Source: a virus. Taken from it: a stretch of 45,576 nucleotides of DNA. Within the stretch, counting starts at the first letter, position 1, and every line of letters begins with the position of its first letter. The stretch lies in IMG/VR virus record IMGVR_UViG_3300022561_000019, positions 1 through 45,576 of that record, one strand, 5' to 3'. This document shows, in pieces, positions 1-8,887 of the stretch. A model generated the notes under the pieces. The model saw nothing but the letters and a program-made list of their open reading frames with translations. It was not told the DNA's origin and did not search any database. The position numbers were made by a program, and so were the translations under genes.

Positions 1-2
1 AT

Positions 3-296
3 GTGGCTGAAAGGTATGAAAATGCATTAGAAACTGTAAATGGAATCGCTGAGAAAGTCAAGGGTATGAAGAGCTCAGAAAGTATTAGAATTCAATGTAC
101 CGCTATTTTTGGTGTTTTTAATACTATATTTGGTGCAGGTACTGATAAAAAAGTATTTGGGGACAGAGTTAATCTGTTGATTTGTATAAAAGCTTTTGAA
201 GAATTAATCCTAATAGTAAATGCTAAAGAGGAAGAAGTTCAAAAACTATTTAATAAATATTCTCCAAATAGAGCAGACAGGCGTGTTAAAAAATAA
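3..296 (+). CDS. Tail assembly chaperone, 3' part (same gene as 45435..45576; 114 aa in total)
   Basis: The ORF is continuous across the duplicated window ends. It lies between the major tail protein and the Gp15-like and tape measure genes. Confidence 0.6.
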   Translation: MAERYENALETVNGIAEKVKGMKSSESIRIQCTAIFGVFNTIFGAGTDKKVFGDRVNLLICIKAFEELILIVNAKEEEVQKLFNKYSPNRADRRVKK

Positions 297-895
297 TGAA
301 TATCTTAATTGATTTATTACCCGAAGAAATTGAAATTGAGGGCATAGAATATAAAATAAATTCAGATTTTAGAAATTCTATGCTCTTTGAATTAATGATG
401 GCTGATAATGATTTGGATGATAATGAAAAAATAATAAAGGCCTTAGAATTATATTATCCTGATATCCCAGAAAATATTAATTTAGCAATAGATCAATTGC
501 TTTGGTTCTATAGATGTGGTAAAGATATGGTTAAATCAAGTGAAAATGGTAAGGGCAAGAGTACACAGATTTATGATTTTAACTTTGATGATGATTATAT
601 CTATAGTGCATTTTTAGACCAGTATAACATTGATTTACAGGACATTGAGAATCTACACTGGTGGAAATTCAAAGCTATGTTTAAATCACTAAGGGAAGAT
701 AATGAAATAGTAAAAATAATGGGTTATCGTTCTATGGACTTAAATAAAATTAAGGATAAAGAAGAAAAAGCACACTATAAGAAAATGAAAGATTTATATA
801 AAATACAGAATCATATTGGTCAAGATGAAACTGAAAAACTTAAGCTTATTCAAGAAGCTCTACAAAAAGGTGAAGATTTATCTAAACTATTGTAA
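296..895 (+). CDS. Tail assembly protein, phage Gp15-like (T-like partner of the chaperone)
   Basis: 199 aa. N-terminus LLPEEIEIEGIEYKINSDFRNSMLFE...LLWFY resembles the Gp15 family as I recall it. TAATG overlap with the upstream chaperone and no SD of its own. Confidence 0.6.
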   Translation: MNILIDLLPEEIEIEGIEYKINSDFRNSMLFELMMADNDLDDNEKIIKALELYYPDIPENINLAIDQLLWFYRCGKDMVKSSENGKGKSTQIYDFNFDDDYIYSAFLDQYNIDLQDIENLHWWKFKAMFKSLREDNEIVKIMGYRSMDLNKIKDKEEKAHYKKMKDLYKIQNHIGQDETEKLKLIQEALQKGEDLSKLL

Positions 896-918
896 ATTTA
901 TCCTATATATGCAATAAT
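890..918 (+). promoter_or_regulatory. Sigma-A-like promoter for the small moron gene
   Basis: TTGTAA (890-895), 17-nt spacer, TGcAATAAT extended -10 (910-918). SD TAGGGGGT lies before ATG 947. Confidence 0.35.
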
Positions 919-946
919 CAAATTATATTGTATAGGGGGTAATCAC

Positions 947-1180
947 ATGCAGTGTTCAAGGTGTAAAAGTGAAAATGTATCTGTTCAAGCGGTAACAAAT
1001 ACAAAGATTAAGACTAAGCATAGAGGTTGTTTAGGTTGGCTTATATGGATTATATTAGCATGTTGTACGTTAGGGCTTATTATTATAATCCCACTTATAA
1101 CTAACTCAAAAACAAAAACAAAAACAAAAACACATAGTGAAGCGGTGTGCCAAAATTGTGGCCACAGATGGAAAATTTAA
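947..1180 (+). CDS. Small membrane protein with a split zinc ribbon (moron inside the tail module)
   Basis: 77 aa. CxxC at the N-terminus (CSRCKS), a central TM helix (LGWLIWIILACCTLGLIIIIPLI), a (KT)4 tract, and CxxC at the C-terminus (CQNCGH). It has its own promoter-like and terminator signals. Confidence 0.6.
   Translation: MQCSRCKSENVSVQAVTNTKIKTKHRGCLGWLIWIILACCTLGLIIIIPLITNSKTKTKTKTHSEAVCQNCGHRWKI
1108..1131. repeat. In-frame hexanucleotide microsatellite (AAAAAC)x4
   Basis: Four perfect tandem AAAAAC units encode KTKTKTKT in ORF 947..1180. Confidence 0.9.
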
Positions 1181-1195
1181 AACATATTTATAAAA

Positions 1196-1220
1196 AGTAC
1201 CTATACTAGGTGCTTTTTTA
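1196..1220 (+). terminator. Rho-independent terminator after the moron gene
   Basis: AGTACCTA-tac-TAGGTGCT hairpin (one G-U pair) followed by TTTTTTA. Confidence 0.6.
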
Positions 1221-1247
1221 TTTTACTCAAAAAGGTAGGTGAGAAAT

Positions 1248-3656
1248 ATGAGTGATGGAACAATAATAATTGATACTAGTGTAAATAATAGTGGTGCTGA
1301 GAAAGGTATAAGTGGTCTTAGTGGTAAACTTGGTAGTATGGCTAGTGGTGCATTAGGGGTAGCTGCAAAAACAACAGCTGCAATGGTAACAGTAGCTACT
1401 GGAGCGGTTGCTGCATTAACGAAAGCATCAATTGAACAATATGCTCAATATGAGCAACTAACGGGTGGAGTTGAAACGCTATTTAAAAGCAGTAGCAATA
1501 CAGTAATGGCTTATGCGGACAATGCATATAAGACAGCTGGAATGTCTGCAAATCAGTATATGAGTACCATTACAGGATTCTCTGCCTCACTATTACAAGG
1601 ACTTGGTGGAGATACAAAAAAAGCAGCTGAAATAGGAAATATGGCTGTTACCGATATGTCAGATAATGCGAATAAGATGGGCACAGGTATGGAAAATATA
1701 CAAACTGCATATCAGGGATTTGCAAAGCAAAATTATACTATGTTAGATAACTTAAAACTCGGTTATGGTGGTACAAAAACAGAAATGCAAAGACTCCTTG
1801 TTGATGCTTCAAAAATTAGTGGTATTAAATATGACATGAAAAAATTTAGTGATGTTATTGCAGCCATTCATGTGATACAGACCGAAACAGGTATAACTGG
1901 GACTACTGCAAAAGAAGCTTCGTCTACTATTGAGGGTAGTTTGAATATGACTAAATCCGCATGGGCTAATTTATTAACAGGTATGGCTGATGAAGAGTCT
2001 GATTTTGATGGATTGATAAATAATTTAGTTACTAGCGTGGGGGCTTTTGGAGAAAATATATTACCAAGAATAGAAGTTGCTGTTTTGGGTATTGGGCTTT
2101 TAATAGAAAGATTGCTACCTCCAATTATTGATAAAATACCAGGATTAATAACATCTATATTACCTGGTATGTTAAAAGCAGGGGTAGATATAGCATCTTC
2201 TCTTGGAAATGGTATTCTTCAATCTTTGCCAATAATTATAAGCATGGGTATAGAAGTAATTCAATCTCTTGCTACTGGATTACAAGCTAATGCACCAGCA
2301 ATAGCAATGGCTGTAGTGGAGATCATGACAAGTTTGGTAACTGCTTTTTTAACTTTATTACCACAATTAATGGATATAGGGCTACAGCTTATAAGCAATC
2401 TAGCAATGGGAATAGGGTTTGCATTACCTACGTTAATACCACTTGCAATACAGTGCATAATGAGTTTGATAAATACAATTATCGCAAATTTACCAATGTT
2501 ATTAAATGCTGGATTGCAAATTATAACAGGATTAGTAAATGGAATTTTGACAGCATTACCTCAGCTTATAGCCATGTTACCAACTTTAATAACTAGTATC
2601 GTGACATTTATAACTACAAGTATACCAATTATAATACAGACTGGGGTAACACTATTGCTAGCCCTTATAAATGGTTTAGTAACTGCATTACCACAGCTAT
2701 TAGCTATGCTGCCACAGATAATAGATTGTATTACAACTGTTATATCTACTAACTTACCTGTAATAATACAAGCTGCTATAACAATTTTGCTTGCAATTAT
2801 AAATGGTTTGGTTAAAGCATTACCACAATTGATAGCAATGCTACCCAGAATAATAGATAGCATATTAAAAGTAATAACTACTAATCTGCCAATAATATTA
2901 CAGGCAGCAATAACAATCATGCTTGCTATTATAAAAGGTTTAGTGCAAGCACTACCACAATTAATAGCCATGTTACCAACTATAATTAATACCATAGTAA
3001 AAGTACTTACAAATAATTTACCTCTTATAATTAATGCAGCTGTTCAAATTATGATTGCATTAATAGGTGGGCTGATACAGGCAATTCCACAACTTATTGC
3101 TGCAATACCTAAAATAATAAGTGCCATTAAAAATGCATTTTCCAGTATTAATTGGGGAGAAATTGGTGTTAACATCTTATCTGGCATAGGGAAAGGAATT
3201 CTTGCTGGAATTGGAAGCGTAGTAAGTGCCGCAAAGAATGCCGCGTCTAAAATAAAAGATGGCATTGCAGGATTTTTTGGGATACATTCACCATCGACAC
3301 TTATGCGAGACTTAGTAGGTAAGAATATAGTTAAAGGAATTGGAGTGGGTGTAGAATTAGAAACTCCAAATCTACAGAAAGATATAAATAATAATTTATC
3401 TAGTTTAACCAGTAAAATGAAAGGCACAGTGGATTATGAAACTGCTAGGACTACATCAAAGGTTGCTGCAATGCATGGCTACACATTCAATAAAGAAAGA
3501 GTTAATGCAGATGATATATCCAGTAAACAAACTACACAGACTATAATAGTTCCAGTAAATTTAGATGGAAAGACTATAGCAACTGTTACTGCACCATACA
3601 ATGACAACATGAGTGGGAAAAGAATAAATTTAAGTGAAAGGGGATTGATCCTATAA
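1248..3656 (+). CDS. Tail tape measure protein
   Basis: About 800 aa immediately after the chaperone pair. Helical Ala/Gly-rich N-terminus and long periodic hydrophobic LPxL repeats. ATG 1248 with SD AGGTAGGTGA is preferred over GTG 1239. Confidence 0.9.
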   Translation: MSDGTIIIDTSVNNSGAEKGISGLSGKLGSMASGALGVAAKTTAAMVTVATGAVAALTKASIEQYAQYEQLTGGVETLFKSSSNTVMAYADNAYKTAGMSANQYMSTITGFSASLLQGLGGDTKKAAEIGNMAVTDMSDNANKMGTGMENIQTAYQGFAKQNYTMLDNLKLGYGGTKTEMQRLLVDASKISGIKYDMKKFSDVIAAIHVIQTETGITGTTAKEASSTIEGSLNMTKSAWANLLTGMADEESDFDGLINNLVTSVGAFGENILPRIEVAVLGIGLLIERLLPPIIDKIPGLITSILPGMLKAGVDIASSLGNGILQSLPIIISMGIEVIQSLATGLQANAPAIAMAVVEIMTSLVTAFLTLLPQLMDIGLQLISNLAMGIGFALPTLIPLAIQCIMSLINTIIANLPMLLNAGLQIITGLVNGILTALPQLIAMLPTLITSIVTFITTSIPIIIQTGVTLLLALINGLVTALPQLLAMLPQIIDCITTVISTNLPVIIQAAITILLAIINGLVKALPQLIAMLPRIIDSILKVITTNLPIILQAAITIMLAIIKGLVQALPQLIAMLPTIINTIVKVLTNNLPLIINAAVQIMIALIGGLIQAIPQLIAAIPKIISAIKNAFSSINWGEIGVNILSGIGKGILAGIGSVVSAAKNAASKIKDGIAGFFGIHSPSTLMRDLVGKNIVKGIGVGVELETPNLQKDINNNLSSLTSKMKGTVDYETARTTSKVAAMHGYTFNKERVNADDISSKQTTQTIIVPVNLDGKTIATVTAPYNDNMSGKRINLSERGLIL
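2553..3080. repeat. Four diverged tandem 132-bp (44-aa) repeats inside the tape measure gene
   Basis: ALPQLIAMLP recurs at aa 439, 483, 527 and 571, with AIPQL at 615. More degenerate 22-aa half-units start near nt 2355. Confidence 0.8.
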
Positions 3657-4360
3657 TGTATTATGGTTTTGAGATAAATGGAAAGCATAGCTTTAAAGAT
3701 TTTGGATTACGGATTATAGACAGGGAATTCAATCCTCCTAATAAAGTGAAAATAAAACAAACTGTGCCATTCATGAATGGATCATACGACTTTTCTACTT
3801 TATATGGAGAACAGACATATGAGGAAAGAATAATAAAATATACTTTGAACCTTAAGTATAGAAACAAGTTTGAATATATAACTAAAAAAATTCAAATTAC
3901 TGAATGGTTGATGTCTGGTATCCAAAAGGAATTGTATGATGATTTAATTCCTGGGTATTATTTTTTAGCTGAATGTGAAAATGGTCCTGTATTTAGTGAA
4001 TACCATACAGGTTGTGAAATTGAAGTTGTATTTATAGCTTATCCTTTTAAAATGGGTATAAGCCAAGAAGGTACTTATCAATTGTGGGACACATTTTGTT
4101 TTGCGACTGATTATATGCAAGAAAGCGTATTTGATGTAGTTGGTACTAAAGATATACAACTGTATAATGTTGCAGCTACTAAGATAGTACCCACGATTAT
4201 TTGTAGTTCAAATTTTAGTATTATTAAAGCTGGAATAACTTATAATTTCAGTACTGGAACAACTAAAAATTTGAAATTTAAACTGGAAAAGGGAATGAAT
4301 ATTATGATTTTAAATGGTACCGGAAATATTGAATTTGTATTTAGAAAGCAGGTGTTATAA
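3656..4360 (+). CDS. Distal tail protein (Dit, siphovirus tail component)
   Basis: 234 aa, ATGA-type overlap with the TMP stop. N-terminus FEINGKHSFKDFGLRI...VPFMNGSYDF is typical of Dit-like proteins. Position is after TMP. Confidence 0.75.
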   Translation: MYYGFEINGKHSFKDFGLRIIDREFNPPNKVKIKQTVPFMNGSYDFSTLYGEQTYEERIIKYTLNLKYRNKFEYITKKIQITEWLMSGIQKELYDDLIPGYYFLAECENGPVFSEYHTGCEIEVVFIAYPFKMGISQEGTYQLWDTFCFATDYMQESVFDVVGTKDIQLYNVAATKIVPTIICSSNFSIIKAGITYNFSTGTTKNLKFKLEKGMNIMILNGTGNIEFVFRKQVL

Positions 4361-6102
4361 TGTATGAAGTAAGCATTTTTAATAATAATATTGAGACAGT
4401 TATTCAGTCGTTAAGCACAGATAAAGAAGCTCCACATATAGATAAATTGCCCTTAAAAGAAGGATTGTCCATGGTTGATAGTCTTTCTTTTGTTTTGTAT
4501 GCAAATAATCCAGGCTATAATAGTTTATTTGAGTTAACGACAAAGGTTAAAGTAACAGATACAAGGGATAACACTACAAGGTTTACGGGTCGTGTTTTAG
4601 ACGTAAATGAACACATGGATAGTAATGGACTATTTTATAAAGAAGTGTTGTGCGAGAGTGCATTAAGCTATTTAAATGATACTAAGCAACGCGCAAATGC
4701 GTTTGCAACAACAGATGCAACTATATTTCTAATGCAGATATTAGCAATTCATAATAGTAAAGTAGATGCTAGTAAACAGATCCAAGTAGGCAATGTGGAT
4801 ATAGTTGGTAGTGTGGCATATAGTTGTAATTTTAAAAGCACACTGGCAGAATTAATCGCAGTTAAAGACAAAATGGGTGGAGAGATACGAGTAAGAGAAG
4901 TAAATGACATCTTATACTTAGATTGGCTACAAAGTTTTAGTATTAATACAGTAGAAATAACCCTTGGTGAAAATATGAAAGATATGATTAAGGGTAAAGA
5001 TGTTACCTCTTTAGGCACAAGAATTATACCACTGGGGGCCAACAATTTAACAATAGCCAGTGTAAATGGTGGTAAAGATTATATTGAGGACATAGCAGCT
5101 AGTAGCACTTATGGAGTAATAGAAAAAACAGTTGAGTATAAAGACATAATAGACGCAACAGAATTATATAACACTTGCATGGCTGATTTAAGCAATTATA
5201 CCCAACCTTTGTTTTTACTAGAAAGCAATGCACTAGATTTAAGTTTTTTAACAGGTAATAAACCAGAACAATTTATGCTAGGTATCAATATTCATTTAAA
5301 TAATCCGGTTATGGGTGTAGATAGTATTTACAAAGCAGTACAAATTGAATTGGATTTATTGCAGGCATATGATCCTAAACTCACTATAGCAAATTTCCCA
5401 CTTAAATTGAGTAGTACTATAAATGATTTAAGAGCATCCTCTATGCAAAACAATGGTGTATATAATAATGTACAGGTAGGTGATGCGTTTGGAATTAGGG
5501 CAGTACGCAGTGATGGTAAGGTGGTAACTACATTAAACGCAACAGAGGGAATAAGCATAGAAAACGAAAATCAAAAAGTTTTATACGTTGATGTAAATGG
5601 AAATATAATTGCAAATAGCGGAACTTATAATGATATAACTGCCAATAATGTAACTGCTGTAAATGGCACATATACGAATATAAAAGCAGTAAATATGGTG
5701 GCAAATGAAATGAAAACAAGTGCCACACTAGATTATATAAAATTACATGCTTTATGGATGGATTTTTTTAGTAATGGAAGTCTTGAAATGCAAATGGGTA
5801 TATTAGACTTTTTTGGAGCAGGCATACCTGCTATTTATGCTGCGCATGGATTAGCACTTGGCAGTGCAGGAAGTATAACCCTAGAAGGGTCTACAGTTAA
5901 TCTGAAAGGTAATGTACAAGTAAACGGTGCAGCATTAACGAGTGGATTACAGATGCAAGGTAACTACTTATTTTTAACGAATGGATGTTATTTAGAATGT
6001 CTAGCAGGTAGATTAATTTTACATGCAAATTCAACGAATTACGTGAGTATAGGTGCTGGATTAATGCAAGTTACAGAAAATGGAGTAAGTAGGCCAATAT
6101 AA
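4360..6102 (+). CDS. Tail-associated protein (Tal / minor structural protein)
   Basis: 580 aa, overlapping start with the Dit stop. Conserved TMP-Dit-Tal order. Confidence 0.7.
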   Translation: MYEVSIFNNNIETVIQSLSTDKEAPHIDKLPLKEGLSMVDSLSFVLYANNPGYNSLFELTTKVKVTDTRDNTTRFTGRVLDVNEHMDSNGLFYKEVLCESALSYLNDTKQRANAFATTDATIFLMQILAIHNSKVDASKQIQVGNVDIVGSVAYSCNFKSTLAELIAVKDKMGGEIRVREVNDILYLDWLQSFSINTVEITLGENMKDMIKGKDVTSLGTRIIPLGANNLTIASVNGGKDYIEDIAASSTYGVIEKTVEYKDIIDATELYNTCMADLSNYTQPLFLLESNALDLSFLTGNKPEQFMLGINIHLNNPVMGVDSIYKAVQIELDLLQAYDPKLTIANFPLKLSSTINDLRASSMQNNGVYNNVQVGDAFGIRAVRSDGKVVTTLNATEGISIENENQKVLYVDVNGNIIANSGTYNDITANNVTAVNGTYTNIKAVNMVANEMKTSATLDYIKLHALWMDFFSNGSLEMQMGILDFFGAGIPAIYAAHGLALGSAGSITLEGSTVNLKGNVQVNGAALTSGLQMQGNYLFLTNGCYLECLAGRLILHANSTNYVSIGAGLMQVTENGVSRPI

Positions 6103-6125
6103 GCAAAGACGAAAGGGGATAAATA

Positions 6126-8228
6126 ATGGCAGATATAATAGATAAGATAGCAGCAATAAGAGCGGCTGATTATGGTATAGAAGTAAAAAAAAGTATTGCA
6201 GACGGAATAGAATCTATAAACATAGAGGTAGTAAATACTACAGAAAGGCAGACTGTATTAGAAACTGATATGTCTACTGCAAAAGCCGATGCAATCCAAG
6301 CTACTGCAGATGCTAATACAGCTACAACTAATGCCGATAATGCTACCGAAGTAGCAAATATAGCAATAACAGAAGCAAATACCGCTAGAGATAATGCAAA
6401 TGAAAAAGCAACACTAGCAGATAGCAAAGCAACTTTGGCACAAACTGCAACAGATATTGCAAACACTACAGTTGAAAATATAAATAATAATACATTAATA
6501 ATATATAAACCTTGGGTAGCTAATTTTGCTGCAATAGCTACTGCCTATCCAGCACCTGTTTTAGGCTGGACAACACAGACTATAGATACAAATACTCGTT
6601 ATAGATACAACGGAACTGCATGGACTAATATTGGAGCTTTTAGTGGTGATAAAACTGGAGATATGAGCCAAATATCTGAAACAAATTTAGTCCAGGCGGT
6701 GCTTAATGATAGGTCACAATTGGCAGATATGACGAAGGACTTAAATGATTACAAACACCTAATTGTTAATGGTGATTGGAGTATTGCATTACAAACTGCA
6801 ATAAATGAAAGTTTAGATAATGCGGTAATTAAAATTCCACATGGTGTGATTATTAAAAACCCCGTGTGTATTACGAATATAAATGCAATAAGGTTTATCG
6901 GTGACAGAGGGAAAGAAGAAGTAAACCCTAATATTACGGTAAGTGGTGCAGGTACGATTGATTTGTTATTTACACGTAATTGTACATTTGAGAATATTAG
7001 TTTTTTAGGAGATAGAAATAATCGCCCCGAAAGGATATTTTTATTAGGAAGGACTGCTTTTGGGGAGTTCCCGTACGGTCACCGGTTTATTAATTGTGGG
7101 TTTTATGGTCATTGTGAGAAATATGCGGTTGTAATTTCTGGTGGAGAAGTAAATAAATTTATATCTTGTGATTTTTCGATGGCTAGTAATAAGGGTATTT
7201 GTTGCATTACAGACAATACCGACAATGAATTTAGTTCAACATTTGCCACACTTACCAATACTATAATATCAACTACAATAAATAGTTTTGACCATTGTAG
7301 TTTTAGTTATTATGGTGCATTAGATAGTTGCGAAGCTTTAATAAAATTTGAGACAGAAAATTGTGGTTCGACTTTTAATGATTGTTATTTTTTAAGTAAT
7401 GGTCTAGTAGCAGGCAAATATCCTGACGTATTTAAGTTTTTACTTAGTCAATCATCGACTGGAAGATGTGTCACTATTACTAATTGCGTCCATGAAAACA
7501 TGAATTTCGGTGGATCATTTTTAAAATGTGTATCTAGGAATGCAAATGTATATGATTTTGTTTTTGTAATGGTTGGTAATAAATTTAAAGGACATTCTGT
7601 TGCATCGGGTTATGCATTTGATTTTCAAAATGTAACATTATTGAATTCATTAATGAAATCTAATAGTTTTATGTGTTCGGGTGTTGAAGTCGGAAGGTTA
7701 AAATTTGGTAATTTTATATCTTGTGATATTGATTTACCTAATGCAACGGATAGTAGTTCTCTATTTGGTGATATTTTAATGAGTAAAATAGTATCGAGAG
7801 CGTTGATAACATCCTTACAAATTAAAACACCATTGCAAATACGAGGTAGCATAATCAAAAATCAATGGGAAATATATATTGACCCTTATTGTAATGATAT
7901 TTTCAAAGTTGGTAGAATTGAATTTACCAAAGCACCTGATGGACAAACATTAATTAAGACAAATAGCCGAATTATTAATGTAATGCCAACGTCGGCTTTA
8001 GGTGGAGTAAATACGAATGATGGAGATATAGCAATAAGCACGGGAGTAGGTACAGTTCAAATTAAAGTAAATGGTATTATAAAATTTTTACAACCAATTG
8101 TAGCATGTACAACTGCAACGAGACCAACCGTATCAATAGTTGGGTTTCATGTTTTTGATACTACTTTAAATAAAGGTATAGATTGGAATGGTAGCGTGTG
8201 GAAAGATGGTTCCGGCGTAACTGTTTAG
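6126..8228 (+). CDS. Tail fibre / receptor-binding protein with a probable right-handed beta-helix (depolymerase-like) domain
   Basis: 700 aa. N-terminal Ala/Thr/Asn-rich coiled coil. Central Cys/Asn/Phe-rich periodic segments (IKIPHGVIIKNPVCITNINAIRFIGDRG, ISFLGD, FINCGFYG). C-terminal TTATRPT...FDTTLNKGIDWNGSVWKDG motif seen at fibre C-termini. Confidence 0.65.
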   Translation: MADIIDKIAAIRAADYGIEVKKSIADGIESINIEVVNTTERQTVLETDMSTAKADAIQATADANTATTNADNATEVANIAITEANTARDNANEKATLADSKATLAQTATDIANTTVENINNNTLIIYKPWVANFAAIATAYPAPVLGWTTQTIDTNTRYRYNGTAWTNIGAFSGDKTGDMSQISETNLVQAVLNDRSQLADMTKDLNDYKHLIVNGDWSIALQTAINESLDNAVIKIPHGVIIKNPVCITNINAIRFIGDRGKEEVNPNITVSGAGTIDLLFTRNCTFENISFLGDRNNRPERIFLLGRTAFGEFPYGHRFINCGFYGHCEKYAVVISGGEVNKFISCDFSMASNKGICCITDNTDNEFSSTFATLTNTIISTTINSFDHCSFSYYGALDSCEALIKFETENCGSTFNDCYFLSNGLVAGKYPDVFKFLLSQSSTGRCVTITNCVHENMNFGGSFLKCVSRNANVYDFVFVMVGNKFKGHSVASGYAFDFQNVTLLNSLMKSNSFMCSGVEVGRLKFGNFISCDIDLPNATDSSSLFGDILMSKIVSRALITSLQIKTPLQIRGSIIKNQWEIYIDPYCNDIFKVGRIEFTKAPDGQTLIKTNSRIINVMPTSALGGVNTNDGDIAISTGVGTVQIKVNGIIKFLQPIVACTTATRPTVSIVGFHVFDTTLNKGIDWNGSVWKDGSGVTV

Positions 8229-8248
8229 TTACACAATTGGAAAATAGT

Positions 8249-8280
8249 GCGTACGTACAAATACTTATTTGTACGTACGC
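8249..8280. terminator. Perfect 15-bp inverted repeat after the fibre gene (possible terminator or operator)
   Basis: GCGTACGTACAAATA-ct-TATTTGTACGTACGC. No clear T-run follows. Confidence 0.4.
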
Positions 8281-8293
8281 ATATGTAAAAAGG

Positions 8294-8321
8294 TTACAAA
8301 GTAATCACTCTGTTATATAAT
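8294..8321 (+). promoter_or_regulatory. Sigma-A-like promoter for the RHH gene
   Basis: TTACAA (8294-8299), 16 nt, TATAAT (8316-8321). Confidence 0.35.
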
Positions 8322-8339
8322 AATTTTGGGGTGATTATT

Positions 8340-8516
8340 TTGGACAAAAAGAAAAGAGCAGATCATTTAAATATTAGTATCAAACCAGAAATTGTTGAAG
8401 AATTTAGAAAGTATGCAGAAAAAAAGGGAGTATTAATATCTCCTTGGGTAGCTGCAAAGATGCGCGAGTTTATTGAAGATGAGAAAGCTCTGGAAGAAAT
8501 GAAAAAGAATAGGTAA
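8340..8516 (+). CDS. Ribbon-helix-helix (Arc/CopG-like) DNA-binding protein
   Basis: Pattern HLNISIKPEIVEEFRKYAEKKGVLISPWVAAKMREFI fits beta-strand, helix, helix. TTG 8340 follows SD GGGGTGA; the alternative start is GTG 8331. Confidence 0.55.
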   Translation: MDKKKRADHLNISIKPEIVEEFRKYAEKKGVLISPWVAAKMREFIEDEKALEEMKKNR

Positions 8517-8579
8517 AAAAGTAAGGCATCCATAAGGGTGTCTTTTACTTTTAAAAAGAAAGGGTGTGTTCTTGGTATC

Positions 8580-8714
8580 ATGCAAATAAAAGAAATTAAA
8601 GAGATGTTAAGAATTATACATGGATTATTTAAATACCTAACATCAGAAGAAGTTGATGAAATTGTAAACCTGTTACATGATATAACAACAAGAAAAACAC
8701 ATAAGTCGCAATAG
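8580..8714 (+). CDS. Hypothetical 44-aa protein
   Basis: ATG ORF (MQIKEIKEMLRIIHGLFKYLTSEEVDEIVNLLHDITTRKTHKSQ) below the track cut-off. SD spacing is poor. Confidence 0.3.
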   Translation: MQIKEIKEMLRIIHGLFKYLTSEEVDEIVNLLHDITTRKTHKSQ

Positions 8715-8838
8715 TAAATACTTATATTTATATGTGCTTATAAACCCTTACAAATAGCCATTCGTACATATAAATGGATATTATTTACAATAGGAAAACA
8801 GGACGACACAACTACAAAATAAAATAACACAAATTAAG

Positions 8839-8861
8839 AGGGCCTCCAAGGGTCCTTTTTT
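8839..8861 (+). terminator. Rho-independent terminator just upstream of the lysis cassette
   Basis: AGGGCC-tccaag-GGTCCT hairpin (one G-U pair) followed by TTTTTT. Confidence 0.5.
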
Positions 8862-8887
8862 AATACAAAAATACTAGGAGGTATGAT

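Noticed and set aside
2261-3427. Three long minus-strand ORFs (2261..2458, 2561..2995, 3044..3427) inside the tape measure gene.
   Set aside because: They are antisense shadows of the repetitive, codon-biased LPxL repeats. They have no SDs and lie entirely within a confident CDS.
6170-6466. Minus-strand 98-aa ORF inside the fibre gene.
   Set aside because: It is a shadow of the Ala/Thr-rich coiled-coil coding region (GCN/ACN codons read antisense) and has no translation signals.
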